From an uncultured Clostridia bacterium (GTDB lineage: Bacteria; Bacillota; Clostridia; Oscillospirales; CAG-272), in contig CANQNM010000002.1 in the NCBI GenBank assembly GCA_947625265.1, positions 1 through 53,703 on the forward strand: DNA of 53,703 nt, written 5' to 3'. The notes beneath the pieces are model-generated. The model made no database searches, was not told the DNA's origin, and saw only the letters and a program-made list of their open reading frames with translations. Position numbers and translations under genes: made by a program. Position 1 is the stretch's first letter, and every line of letters starts with the position of its first letter. Positions 45,388 through 53,685 of the stretch are shown here, in pieces.

Positions 45388-45449
45388 TTGACAATCTGAG
45401 ATTTTCATGCTATACTCCTTCCAGCACACTGTGTGCTGGAAGGAGTATA
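45388..45449 (+). promoter_or_regulatory. tetR promoter plus a 39-nt perfect palindromic operator
   Basis: TTGACA (45388-93), 17 nt, TATACT (45411-16). The palindrome TATACTCCTTCCAGCACAC-t-GTGTGCTGGAAGGAGTATA spans 45411-45449 and covers both the -10 and the AAGGAG RBS. Confidence 0.75.
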
Positions 45450-45457
45450 GGATCGGA

Positions 45458-46024
45458 ATGGCGGAGTTGATTGAAGACGAAATGTCGCGGAACATCATTG
45501 CCGCGGCTGAGCAGATCGCGGTTACAAAGGGCGCAGGGGAGGTGAACGTGCGTAAGATTCTGCGCACGCTGGGTATCACAAACCGGGTGTTTTACAACCG
45601 TTTTCACAACATCGACGAGGTTTTGACGGTGGTTTACCGCCAAGTATGTGTCCGCATGCGCGAGAGTATCATCTCAAAATTCGATCCCCAAGGCGATTTT
45701 TTTGGACAAATTGTCAATATCGTTGCTGATACGCTCACTTTGTCTTATCGTTTTAAAATGGGGCTGAATCAATTTGTTTTTGCAAATGATTCTTCCTCTT
45801 CCGAGAACTATGCGTGGTGGAAAGAGGAGATCAAACGATTGATTGAACTCGGAAAAGAACGGGGACTTGTGCGGGAATTGGATGAGAACGTCATGAGTTA
45901 CGCAATCTGGTGTTTCATTCGGGGATACAATGCTGACGCGCTTGCGCGCAATCTCCCCGAGGAAGAGGCGGTCAGCGGCTTCAGATACAGTTTTTCCGTG
46001 CTGCTGGAGGGAATGAAGGCCTGA
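45458..46024 (+). CDS. TetR/AcrR family transcriptional regulator
   Basis: 188 aa. N-terminal HTH region IIAAAEQIAVTKGAGEVNVRKILRTLGITNRVFYNRF. Confidence 0.85.
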   Translation: MAELIEDEMSRNIIAAAEQIAVTKGAGEVNVRKILRTLGITNRVFYNRFHNIDEVLTVVYRQVCVRMRESIISKFDPQGDFFGQIVNIVADTLTLSYRFKMGLNQFVFANDSSSSENYAWWKEEIKRLIELGKERGLVRELDENVMSYAIWCFIRGYNADALARNLPEEEAVSGFRYSFSVLLEGMKA

Positions 46025-46052
46025 TTTTGGGCGACGGAATGTTTTTAAACGT

Positions 46053-46072
46053 ACAGCACACTGTGTGCTGGA
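46053..46072 (+). promoter_or_regulatory. Second copy of the operator core CAGCACACTGTGTGCTG
   Basis: The same 17-nt palindrome as at 45422-45440, lying 13 nt upstream of the Fe-ADH start. Confidence 0.7.
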
Positions 46073-46084
46073 AAGAAGGTGCTT

Positions 46085-47296
46085 ATGAATTTCTTTTACA
46101 GGTTGTATTGCCGTGCTTTTCAGACGGCGTTTCGTCTGGCAATTCCTTTTTTGCCCTACCGTGATCCGAAAGTGTTGGGGAGCGTTGAGGAGATTCCCGC
46201 AGAACTGACAAAGCGGAATATTTCCCGCGTTTTGATTGTCAGCGACCGGAAAATTTCAATGCTTGGTCTTCTGGAACCGCTGAAACATGCGCTTTTGGCG
46301 GCGGGCATAGAATATTTCCTGTACGATCGGACTTTTGAAAATCCGACGGTTGACAATGTGGAGCAGGCACGTGAAACATACCTCCAAAACCGTTGCGGAG
46401 GGTTGATCGGTTTCGGGGGCGGTTCCGCCATCGACTGTGCCAAAGCCGTCGGCGCACGCCTCGCTCGTCCAAGGAAACCGGTAGAAAAGATGCGCGGGAT
46501 TTTGAAGGTGATTTTGAGGATTCCTTTTCTTGTCGCCGTGCCCACCACTGCCGGAACGGGGAGCGAGATCACCTTGGCGGCGGTAATCACCGACGCATAC
46601 ACAGGGTACAAATTTCCTATAAACGATTTTTCTTTGATTCCCAGAGTTGCCGTGTTGGACCCGAAAAACACCGCTACCCTGCCCAAGTTCATGACGGCTG
46701 CCACCGGCATGGATGCGTTGACCCACGCGGTTGAGGCATATATCGGGTGTTCTACCACCGCGTCCACCCGCGCAGACGCTTTGAAGGCTGTGAAACTGAT
46801 TTTTGAAAATCTTGAAAACGCCTATACTTTGGGTGATGAATGCGCCCGCGCACATATGCTTACGGCGGCGTTTCTCGCAGGCAGGGCATTTTCCAAATCC
46901 TATGTGGGGTATGTTCACGCGGTGGCGCACTCTTTGGGTGGGCAATACAACATTCCCCACGGCTTTGCAAATGCGGTACTTCTGCCGAGGGTACTGGAGG
47001 CATACGGTTCTGCAGTTTACAAGAAACTGCATCGTCTTGCTGTTGCTGCCGGAATTTCTCAAAAGGAGCAATCCGATTCGGTCGCCGCTCTTGAATTCAT
47101 TTCTGCGATCAGAACCCTTAACCGGCGCATGGGAATTCAAGAGTCGATTCCCGGGATTCGGAAGGAGGATATCCCCGAGTTGGCAAGGCGCGCGAGCAGG
47201 GAGGCCAACCCCCTGTATCCTGTACCGGTGCTGATGGATGCGAAGGAACTTGAAAAATTTTACCGCGACGTGGCGGATTCGGAGGATGCGAAATGA
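46085..47296 (+). CDS. Iron-containing (group III) alcohol dehydrogenase
   Basis: GFGGGSAIDCAKAV and the His cluster HA.EAY...HAVAH..G typical of Fe-ADH. Confidence 0.88.
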   Translation: MNFFYRLYCRAFQTAFRLAIPFLPYRDPKVLGSVEEIPAELTKRNISRVLIVSDRKISMLGLLEPLKHALLAAGIEYFLYDRTFENPTVDNVEQARETYLQNRCGGLIGFGGGSAIDCAKAVGARLARPRKPVEKMRGILKVILRIPFLVAVPTTAGTGSEITLAAVITDAYTGYKFPINDFSLIPRVAVLDPKNTATLPKFMTAATGMDALTHAVEAYIGCSTTASTRADALKAVKLIFENLENAYTLGDECARAHMLTAAFLAGRAFSKSYVGYVHAVAHSLGGQYNIPHGFANAVLLPRVLEAYGSAVYKKLHRLAVAAGISQKEQSDSVAALEFISAIRTLNRRMGIQESIPGIRKEDIPELARRASREANPLYPVPVLMDAKELEKFYRDVADSEDAK

Positions 47297-48672
47297 TCGA
47301 AACGGTTTTAAGTGAACAGAAAAAATTTTTTCAAAGCGGCGCGACGCTTTCGGTGCGGTTCAGAGTGGAAATGCTGAAGAAACTGTACGCCGAGGTCAAA
47401 CGCCGTGAGTCGGAAATTGAAAGGGCGCTGGCTGCGGACTTGGGAAAAAGTCCTTACGAATCGTTCATGTGTGAAGTGGGGTTGGTGCTTACCGAGATTC
47501 GATACATGATCAAACATGTAAAAAAATTTTCCAAAAAGCATCGTGTAAGAACTCCCCTTTCCCAGTTTGCTTCTGTCAGTTATACAGTTTCGTCGCCCTA
47601 CGGCAACGTGCTGATCATGAGTCCCTGGAACTACCCTTTTTTGCTGACAGTCGATCCACTTGCCGACGCCATTGCGGCGGGCAACACTGCGGTGGTCAAA
47701 CCCAGCGCCTATTCTCCCTGCACAAGCGCCGTTATCGAGGAGATGCTGACATGTATTTTCCCGAGGGAGTATGTGGCGGTTGTAACCGGCGGCCGCAAGG
47801 AGAACGGGGAACTGTTGGACGGAGCATTTGATTTTGTCTTTTTTACCGGCAGCAAGGAGGTGGGAAAAGAGGTACTCCGGCGCTGTGCGCCCCGCCTTGT
47901 TCCTGCGGTTTTGGAACTGGGCGGAAAAAGTCCCTGCATCGTGGATTCAACGGCGAAAATCAAACTCAGCGCCAAACGGATCGTTTTCGGAAAATTTCTG
48001 AATTGTGGGCAAACCTGTGTGGCGCCCGATTATATTCTCTGCGAAGAATCGGTGAAGGAGGAATTGACGCGGGAGATCGTTCGTGAAATTGAAAGACAGT
48101 TTGGAAAAGAGCCGCTCAAAAATCCGGAATACGGAAGAATCGTCAACGAAAAGCATTTTAACCGTATCCGAAAACTCATCGATGGGAGAAAAGTGGTGAC
48201 GGGCGGAGAGTGGGACGCCCAAACACTGAAAATTGCGCCTACGGTAATGACCGGCGTGACCTTTGATGACGCGGTGATGGGTGAGGAGATCTTCGGTCCC
48301 GTGCTTCCTGTTCTGACTTTTGAGCGTTTTGAGGAACTGTACGCTCTTCTTTCGGATATGCCCAAGCCCCTTGCGCTGTACATTTTCAGTGAAGACTCCG
48401 CGCACATTCGCGAAATTCAGAGAAGGGTGCAGTTCGGAGGCGGGTGTGTCAACGATACGGTGATTCACCTTGCCACGAGTGCAATGCCCTTTGGGGGAGT
48501 GGGGGACAGCGGTATGGGCGCATACCATGGCAAAAGGGGTTTTGAGGCCTTTTCCCATGAAAAAAGCATTGTGGATAAAAAGACATGGATGGATCTGCCC
48601 ATGCGGTATCAGCCCTACAAACAAAAATTTAACGGTTTATACAGCAGACTTCTGCGGTTGTTTTTAAGGTAG
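47293..48672 (+). CDS. Aldehyde dehydrogenase (class 3-like, NAD(P)+)
   Basis: ELGGKSPCIV (catalytic Glu) and GQTCVAPDYIL (catalytic Cys). 459 aa. ATGA overlap with the ADH gene. Confidence 0.9.
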   Translation: MIETVLSEQKKFFQSGATLSVRFRVEMLKKLYAEVKRRESEIERALAADLGKSPYESFMCEVGLVLTEIRYMIKHVKKFSKKHRVRTPLSQFASVSYTVSSPYGNVLIMSPWNYPFLLTVDPLADAIAAGNTAVVKPSAYSPCTSAVIEEMLTCIFPREYVAVVTGGRKENGELLDGAFDFVFFTGSKEVGKEVLRRCAPRLVPAVLELGGKSPCIVDSTAKIKLSAKRIVFGKFLNCGQTCVAPDYILCEESVKEELTREIVREIERQFGKEPLKNPEYGRIVNEKHFNRIRKLIDGRKVVTGGEWDAQTLKIAPTVMTGVTFDDAVMGEEIFGPVLPVLTFERFEELYALLSDMPKPLALYIFSEDSAHIREIQRRVQFGGGCVNDTVIHLATSAMPFGGVGDSGMGAYHGKRGFEAFSHEKSIVDKKTWMDLPMRYQPYKQKFNGLYSRLLRLFLR

Positions 48673-49010
48673 AAAGGTGGCTTCGGACGCTTTTTTTCGA
48701 ACGGAAATTCACCGAACGCGCCTGAACTTGATCCCCGAAGGGCGTCTGAATCTTTAACAACCGTGGACGTGCATTGAATTTGAAAAATTGACCGGACAGG
48801 CAAGACGGACGATTTGAAAGTTGGAGTTGAAGGTAAAAGCGTCCAAAGCCGCAATCCCCGGCATCGAGTATCGGGGAACGAAATACCGAAAAGACGCCGA
48901 CAAAAACGGCGGTGAACACATCGGCGGTTGCCCGTTTCGCATCGTTTGGGCGGTATGGGTTTGGTCGATTTATGGTAACATTCAAATACAGTTAGGAGGA
49001 CAGAAAACAT

Positions 49011-49862
49011 ATGAGCGTAAGAATTATCACCGATTCCGCCTGCGACATTCCTGCGGATCAGGCAAATGCAATGGGTATCGAACTTCTTCCGTTGACGGTT
49101 GTCTTCGGTAAGGAGGAGTATTTAGACGGTCAAACCCTTTCATGCGAGAAGTTTTATGAAAAACTGATTGAGACAGACGAACTGCCACATACCTGCCAGA
49201 TCTCGCCGTTTCGGTATGAGGAGGCCTTCGAAAAAGTCAGGGAGCAGGGCGATGAGGCGGTATGCATCACTATTTCCTCAAAACTGTCGGGCAGTTTCAA
49301 CAGCGCGCAGGTGGCTCATGCACGATTTCCTTGCGGCATTCGGTTAGTGGACAGCCGGAATGTTTGTATCGGTCAGCAAATTCTTGTTCTTTTGGCGGTT
49401 CGTTTGCGCGACAGGGGAAAATCTGCCGACGAAATCGCTGAGGAACTTGAGAGGCGCAAGGGAGAGATCAGGGTTCTGGGGTTGTTGGACACTCTCGAAT
49501 ATTTGAAAAAAGGGGGAAGAATTTCTCCGGCGGTAGCCTTTGCGGGAAGTCTTCTTTCGGTCAAGCCAGTGATCGCCGTGGAGGACGGGGAGGTGTCGCT
49601 GATCGGCAAGGCGCGGGGATCAAAAAACGGCAACAATCTCCTCAAAACCTATGTGGAAAAATCCGGGGGAATTGATTTTTCCATGCCTTATGCTCTTGCA
49701 TACAGCGGACTGTCGGATTCGCTGCTTCAAAAATATATAGCGGACAGCGCGGCGCTCTATGAGCAGCATGCGGACTGTCTGCCGGTGTGCCGAATCGGCT
49801 GCGCCATCGGAACGCACGTTGGTCCGGGCACAGTCGCTGTAGCGTTTTACCGAAAGTTGTGA
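49011..49862 (+). CDS. DegV family fatty-acid-binding protein
   Basis: MSVRIITDSACDIP... N-terminus and the ..LDTLEYLKKGGRI.. motif. Confidence 0.9.
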   Translation: MSVRIITDSACDIPADQANAMGIELLPLTVVFGKEEYLDGQTLSCEKFYEKLIETDELPHTCQISPFRYEEAFEKVREQGDEAVCITISSKLSGSFNSAQVAHARFPCGIRLVDSRNVCIGQQILVLLAVRLRDRGKSADEIAEELERRKGEIRVLGLLDTLEYLKKGGRISPAVAFAGSLLSVKPVIAVEDGEVSLIGKARGSKNGNNLLKTYVEKSGGIDFSMPYALAYSGLSDSLLQKYIADSAALYEQHADCLPVCRIGCAIGTHVGPGTVAVAFYRKL

Positions 49863-49915
49863 ATTGAAGAATTTTCACAAAATCCGTTTTGGCTCGCGGT
49901 TTTTGCCGTGCATTC

Positions 49916-49954
49916 AAAAAAACGTCCCGACGGTAGAAAAACTGTCCGTCGGGA
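49916..49954 (-). terminator. Intrinsic terminator after rplL
   Basis: On the minus strand: TCCCGACGG-12 nt-CCGTCGGGA followed by CGTTTTTTT. Confidence 0.75.
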
Positions 49955-50041
49955 TGGATCCGTCGCTTGCTGACAAGCGGCAAACTTCTGTTCAAAGCGT
50001 TGTCATACAGCCGTTTTGAAATTTGTCTTGACTCTATGGAA

Positions 50042-50419
50042 TTATTTGACCTCAACCACTGCTCCAGCAGCTTCAAGAGCAGTTTTCACGTTGTTGGCTT
50101 CGTCCTTGGAAACGCCGGTTTTTACGGGTTTGGGAGCGCCTTCTACCAGATCCTTTGCGTCTTTCAGACCAAGACCGGTGAGTTCACGGACCGCTTTGAT
50201 GACGTCCAGTTTCTTCGCGCCGAATTCTTTGAGAATGACGTCAAATTCGGTCTTCTCTTCCTCGGCGGGAGCAGCACCGGCCGCCGCGCCGGCCGCCGCT
50301 ACGGGAGCTGCTGCGGAAACGCCGAATTCCTCTTCCAGGGCCTTTACCAGATCTGCCATTTCAAGAATTGTGAGTGATTTGATCTCTTCAAGAAGAGCAA
50401 GTGTTTTTTCAGTTGCCAT
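50042..50419 (-). CDS. rplL: 50S ribosomal protein L7/L12
   Basis: 125 aa. Ala-rich hinge, then the C-terminal domain ...[26 protein letters not shown]. Confidence 0.95.
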   Translation of the reverse strand: MATEKTLALLEEIKSLTILEMADLVKALEEEFGVSAAAPVAAAGAAAGAAPAEEEKTEFDVILKEFGAKKLDVIKAVRELTGLGLKDAKDLVEGAPKPVKTGVSKDEANNVKTALEAAGAVVEVK

Positions 50420-50470
50420 TTTTAAATTCCTCCAAATAAATCAATTTTCTTTCGGTTATTTTTGTTGCTT

Positions 50471-50992
50471 TTACGCGGTTTGCTCGGTTGCGGGTGCTTC
50501 GCCATTCCTGTCGATAATTGCTTGAAGCACATAGGCAAGGGAGTACAGGGGCGACTTCATGCAGCCCATGATCTTGCATACCAGCGTTTCCTTGTTGGGA
50601 ATCTCCGCAAGGGCGTTTACGCCCGCTTCGTCAAGAATCTGACCGTCAACGAATCCCGCTTTCATACTGAAAGTTTCGATTTTGGACGCATAGTTTTTCA
50701 GAATCTTGGCGGGCGCCACAGCGTCTTCTTTACTGATGGCGATGGCGGTCATGCCTTCCAGATGTTCCTTGATGGCGCCGTAGCCTGCTTCTTCGCATGC
50801 TCTGCCGGTGATGGAATTCTTGTAAACCCTGTACTCTACCCCTGCTTTGCGGAGTTCGGCACGGAGTTTGGTGTCGTCTTCCACAGTGATGCCTTGATAG
50901 ACTACAACAACGCCTGAAGCGGCAGCCTTGATCTTTGCGGCCAACTCATTGACCTGTGCCTGCTTTGCCTCAAGAATCTTTGCACTTGGCAT
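50471..50992 (-). CDS. rplJ: 50S ribosomal protein L10
   Basis: 173 aa, directly upstream of rplL, with an L10-like sequence. Confidence 0.93.
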   Translation of the reverse strand: MPSAKILEAKQAQVNELAAKIKAAASGVVVVYQGITVEDDTKLRAELRKAGVEYRVYKNSITGRACEEAGYGAIKEHLEGMTAIAISKEDAVAPAKILKNYASKIETFSMKAGFVDGQILDEAGVNALAEIPNKETLVCKIMGCMKSPLYSLAYVLQAIIDRNGEAPATEQTA

Positions 50993-51130
50993 AGTTTTTA
51001 CCTCCTAAAAAAATGAGTCTCTCCTGACAGCACGCCGGGAAAGACACAAAAACATTTCTGAAAGTTTTCTCTTGTCTCCTCGGCAGGAAAGCGAACGCTT
51101 TTACCGTGAACCTGCTGTCTACGGAATTAC
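50993..51130 (-). ncRNA. rplJ 5' leader, probably an L10(L12)4 autoregulatory leader with an attenuator hairpin
   Basis: About 135-nt UTR between the promoter and the AGGAGG RBS. It ends in the hairpin GTCTTTCC...GGAGAGAC followed by TCATTTTTTT. Confidence 0.45.
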
Positions 51131-51136
51131 GTTGGC

Positions 51137-51165
51137 ATTTTACCACGCTTTTTTGTTGTTGTCAA
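51137..51165 (-). promoter_or_regulatory. Promoter of rplJ-rplL
   Basis: On the minus strand: TTGACA, 17 nt, TGg-TAAAAT. Confidence 0.7.
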
Positions 51166-51239
51166 GTTTTTTTTTCAAAAATTTAGTTGTTTTTTGGAAA
51201 AAATTCAAGATGAATGCTTAGGGTGTACAGATAGGATTT

Positions 51240-51323
51240 CGGCAGCACGCCCGGCAGCACGCCCGGCAGCACGCCCGGCAATATGCCCGACAGTATGCCC
51301 GGAAGCACGTCAGGCAGCACGCC
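51240..51323. repeat. 12-bp tandem array (7 units, CGGCAGCACGCC and variants)
   Basis: Three perfect units then four degenerate ones, in the divergent rplJ / rplU intergenic region. Confidence 0.9.
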
Positions 51324-51473
51324 TGGAAGTTTTCGGTTTGAATTGCCCGACGGCATTTTTTCATTGGGAGTGAAAAGACGGGTGGTGTTGCGTTTCCCGT
51401 TTGGGCAGATGTTAGAGCGCATTTTTCAAATTCAGGACGGAAGACCGAAAGGGGAGGGAAAAAATAAAAAAAT

Positions 51474-51540
51474 TTAAGGCTTCACCGCATAATTATTGTC
51501 GCGCAGATGCGCAGCCGGTAATTGTGCGGTGAAGCCTTAA
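51474..51540. repeat. Long hairpin (21-bp stem, 25-nt loop)
   Basis: TTAAGGCTTCACCGCATAATT (51474-94) pairs with AATTGTGCGGTGAAGCCTTAA (51520-40). The single difference gives a G-U pair. A/T runs lie on both sides. Confidence 0.8.
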
Positions 51541-51581
51541 TAAATTTCAGCGAGAAAAGGCAAAAAAAGAGAAAAAAGTCC

Positions 51582-51610
51582 TTGACAACAGGGCGCAAAT
51601 ATGCTAAAAT
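51582..51610 (+). promoter_or_regulatory. Promoter of rplU-prp-rpmA
   Basis: TTGACA, 17 nt, TGc-TAAAAT. Confidence 0.7.
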
Positions 51611-51616
51611 TCAAAA

Positions 51617-51717
51617 ACGCTTGTGGCGTGGTTCAAGTGTGTTCCGGTGTATGACGGAACGCCACCCTCCGCAGCGAATAAGGCGCAGAGCGCCGCGAGG
51701 AAAGAGAGGTGCTTTTC
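51617..51717 (+). ncRNA. rplU 5' leader (possible L21-leader-type element)
   Basis: About 100-nt UTR with nested helices GTGGCGT...ACGCCAC and GTTCCG-8 nt-CGGAAC. The position is as for the Firmicute L21 leader, but no covariance model was run. Confidence 0.35.
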
Positions 51718-52029
51718 GTGTACGCGATCATTGTGACGGGCGGAAAGCAGTACAAGGTCAGCGAGGGTGACGTCATCTTTGTTGAAAAACTGGAAGCACA
51801 GGAGGGAAGTGAGTATACTTTCGATCAGGTGCTGGCGGTTTCCGGAGAGGAAGGCCTGGTCGTGGGTAAACCCACGGTAGCGGGCGCAACGGTGAAGGCA
51901 AACGTTGTGAAGAACGGCAAAAACAAAAAGATCTATGTCTTCAAGTATAAGTCTAAGAAAAACGAGAAAAAGAAGATCGGCCACAGGCAGCCATATACCA
52001 AGGTTCAGATCACAACCATCAACGCTTAA
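51718..52029 (+). CDS. rplU: 50S ribosomal protein L21
   Basis: (GTG)[27 protein letters not shown] at 51718, 8 nt after an AGAGAGG RBS (alternative GTG at 51709). Confidence 0.93.
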   Translation: MYAIIVTGGKQYKVSEGDVIFVEKLEAQEGSEYTFDQVLAVSGEEGLVVGKPTVAGATVKANVVKNGKNKKIYVFKYKSKKNEKKKIGHRQPYTKVQITTINA

Positions 52030-52038
52030 CCCCCTGCC

Positions 52039-52404
52039 ATGACCAAAATCACCTTTTATAAAAAGGACGGCGTTTATTTCGGTTTTAAAGAGGACGGTCA
52101 CACGGGTTACGGAGATTCGGGCGAGGATATCCTCTGCTCTGCGCTCTCCGCCATGACCATGCTGATCATCAACACCGTGGAGGTGTCCTACGACGCGAGG
52201 GTCGAATACACCATCGACGAGGAGAGCGCGGACATTGAAGTGAAAATTCCCGCTGCGCTCCCGGAATTTGAGACGGACGAAAAAAAACGCTATGCCATTT
52301 CGGGATTGCTTATGGGGTATCTCATCCAGTTGAACGACCTGGTTGAGGATTATTACGATCACCTGTCGGTAGACGAGAGGGAATTTCAGTCGTTTCCCAA
52401 TTAG
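52039..52404 (+). CDS. prp: Ribosomal-processing cysteine protease Prp
   Basis: 121 aa between rplU and rpm[21 protein letters not shown] holds the catalytic His/Cys pattern. Confidence 0.88.
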   Translation: MTKITFYKKDGVYFGFKEDGHTGYGDSGEDILCSALSAMTMLIINTVEVSYDARVEYTIDEESADIEVKIPAALPEFETDEKKRYAISGLLMGYLIQLNDLVEDYYDHLSVDEREFQSFPN

Positions 52405-52421
52405 AAGAGAGGTAAGAAAAA

Positions 52422-52706
52422 ATGCTTAGATTAGGTTTACAGTTCTTTGCACATAAAAAGGGCGTCGGTTCCACCAAGAACGGCAGGGACAGTGAGTCCA
52501 AGCGCCTTGGTGTGAAGAGAGCGGACGGACAGACCGTGACCGCGGGCAGCATTCTGGTCAGACAGAGAGGCACGCACATTCATCCCGGCAACAACGTGGG
52601 GATCGGTTCGGATGACACGCTGTTTGCGAAGATTGACGGAAAGGTGAAGTTCGAGCACATTACCGGGGGAAGAAAGCGTGTCAGCGTTTATGCTGTGGAG
52701 GCTTAA
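52422..52706 (+). CDS. rpmA: 50S ribosomal protein L27 with a cleavable N-terminal extension
   Basis: [30 protein letters not shown]. The extension is the Prp substrate motif. Confidence 0.95.
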   Translation: MLRLGLQFFAHKKGVGSTKNGRDSESKRLGVKRADGQTVTAGSILVRQRGTHIHPGNNVGIGSDDTLFAKIDGKVKFEHITGGRKRVSVYAVEA

Positions 52707-52745
52707 ATACTGCCGGTACGGTTTCAGTTGTTTATAATGAATATG

Positions 52746-52785
52746 GAGAGGCCGACGCACTTTTGTGCGGCGGCCTCTTTATATT
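52746..52785. terminator. Strong bidirectional terminator hairpin
   Basis: GAGAGGCCG-ACGCAC-tttt-GTGCG-CGGCCTCTT followed by TATATTT, between convergent rpmA and the 52845..53186 gene. Confidence 0.7.
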
Positions 52786-52844
52786 TCGTTGTAACTTTCG
52801 GATGTTTGCACTGCGCGGAAATATACACCTGCCGTTCGCGTGGT

Positions 52845-53186
52845 TCACACGTCCGTGTTATCTGTGCTGTTCTCGTGCACGCTGTTCTCTTCATCACTTG
52901 TTTTTACGTCTGCCGTATCGGTCTTTTCTTCGTCTTCCCTGGAATTTTCTTTTTGGAATTTTTCTGCTTCTTCACTCAATTTCTGATCATTCTCTTTGAT
53001 TTTGCCGCTCCACTTTGAAACGAGGATCAGTCCGGCTCCGAAGACGATCACAAGAAGGATATACCAGATGTTGTTGCCAAGGGTCTTTAGAAATCCGACT
53101 TTTTCCCCGTTTTCCGCAAAAGCGTAAAGAGAAAAAACCGACAGAAGCGCAGAAGCGGGAAGAAGCGAAGACAGGATCTTTTTCAT
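52845..53186 (-). CDS. Small secreted/membrane protein with an acidic tail, function unknown
   Basis: 113 aa. Signal-peptide-like N-terminus ...LYAFA/ENG, one TM (IWYILLVIVFGAGLILV), E/D/K-rich C-terminus. AGGAAG RBS. Confidence 0.6.
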   Translation of the reverse strand: MKKILSSLLPASALLSVFSLYAFAENGEKVGFLKTLGNNIWYILLVIVFGAGLILVSKWSGKIKENDQKLSEEAEKFQKENSREDEEKTDTADVKTSDEENSVHENSTDNTDV

Positions 53187-53225
53187 TGGAACACTTCCTT
53201 TGTTTGTATAAGGTTATTAGGGGGG

Positions 53226-53325
53226 TGTATAAGGGTATTAGAGTGGAACCGGATTCGGTTTGCGGCGGCGGATTTTCGCCCGTGCGGCGGAAAGACCCTT
53301 GAAAATACGAAAGTATTTCCTGCGG
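53226..53325 (-). repeat. Dispersed repeat family R5, copy 2 (inverted relative to copy 1)
   Basis: Its reverse complement aligns to 38861..38965. It lies just upstream of the 52845..53186 gene on the minus strand. Confidence 0.8.
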
Positions 53326-53336
53326 TTTTTTGCATG

Positions 53337-53497
53337 GACAAAGATCTGCCTGTCCCAAACTGCTGCGCACTTCACGGGGAGAATTTTCGGATGATTTTCT
53401 GTTCGATGAGGCAGTCTTGTTGGCACAGGACAACGACGACAATCAAAAATATGCCGAAAAGGGCCTTCGTGTGTCGATTTTGGTTCGACTCCCGGCG
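53337..53497 (+). repeat. Dispersed repeat family R4, copy 2
   Basis: Aligns to 38684..38845 in the same orientation. Confidence 0.8.
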
Positions 53498-53572
53498 CCT
53501 TCTATCGTTTCCGTAGTATAGCATGAAAAAGAAAAACTGTCAAGCCAAAGCGAGTAATGTTTCTGCTCTTTT

Positions 53573-53676
53573 TGTAGTGTTACAATTGATATGAGACTGA
53601 AAGGAAAAAAGGTATAGAAAAAGTGGTTGAGTTCTGATAGAATAGTTTTACCGCAAACAAATCTTCCAGAAAGGAC
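53573..53676. repeat. Right arm of the ~105-bp inverted repeat; inner boundary of a probable multicopy element
   Basis: Reverse complement of 1..105. Homology stops at 53573/105. Contains the extended -10 TGaTAGAAT and the 5' UTR of the gene starting at 53686. Confidence 0.9.
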
Positions 53677-53685
53677 TCAACCACC

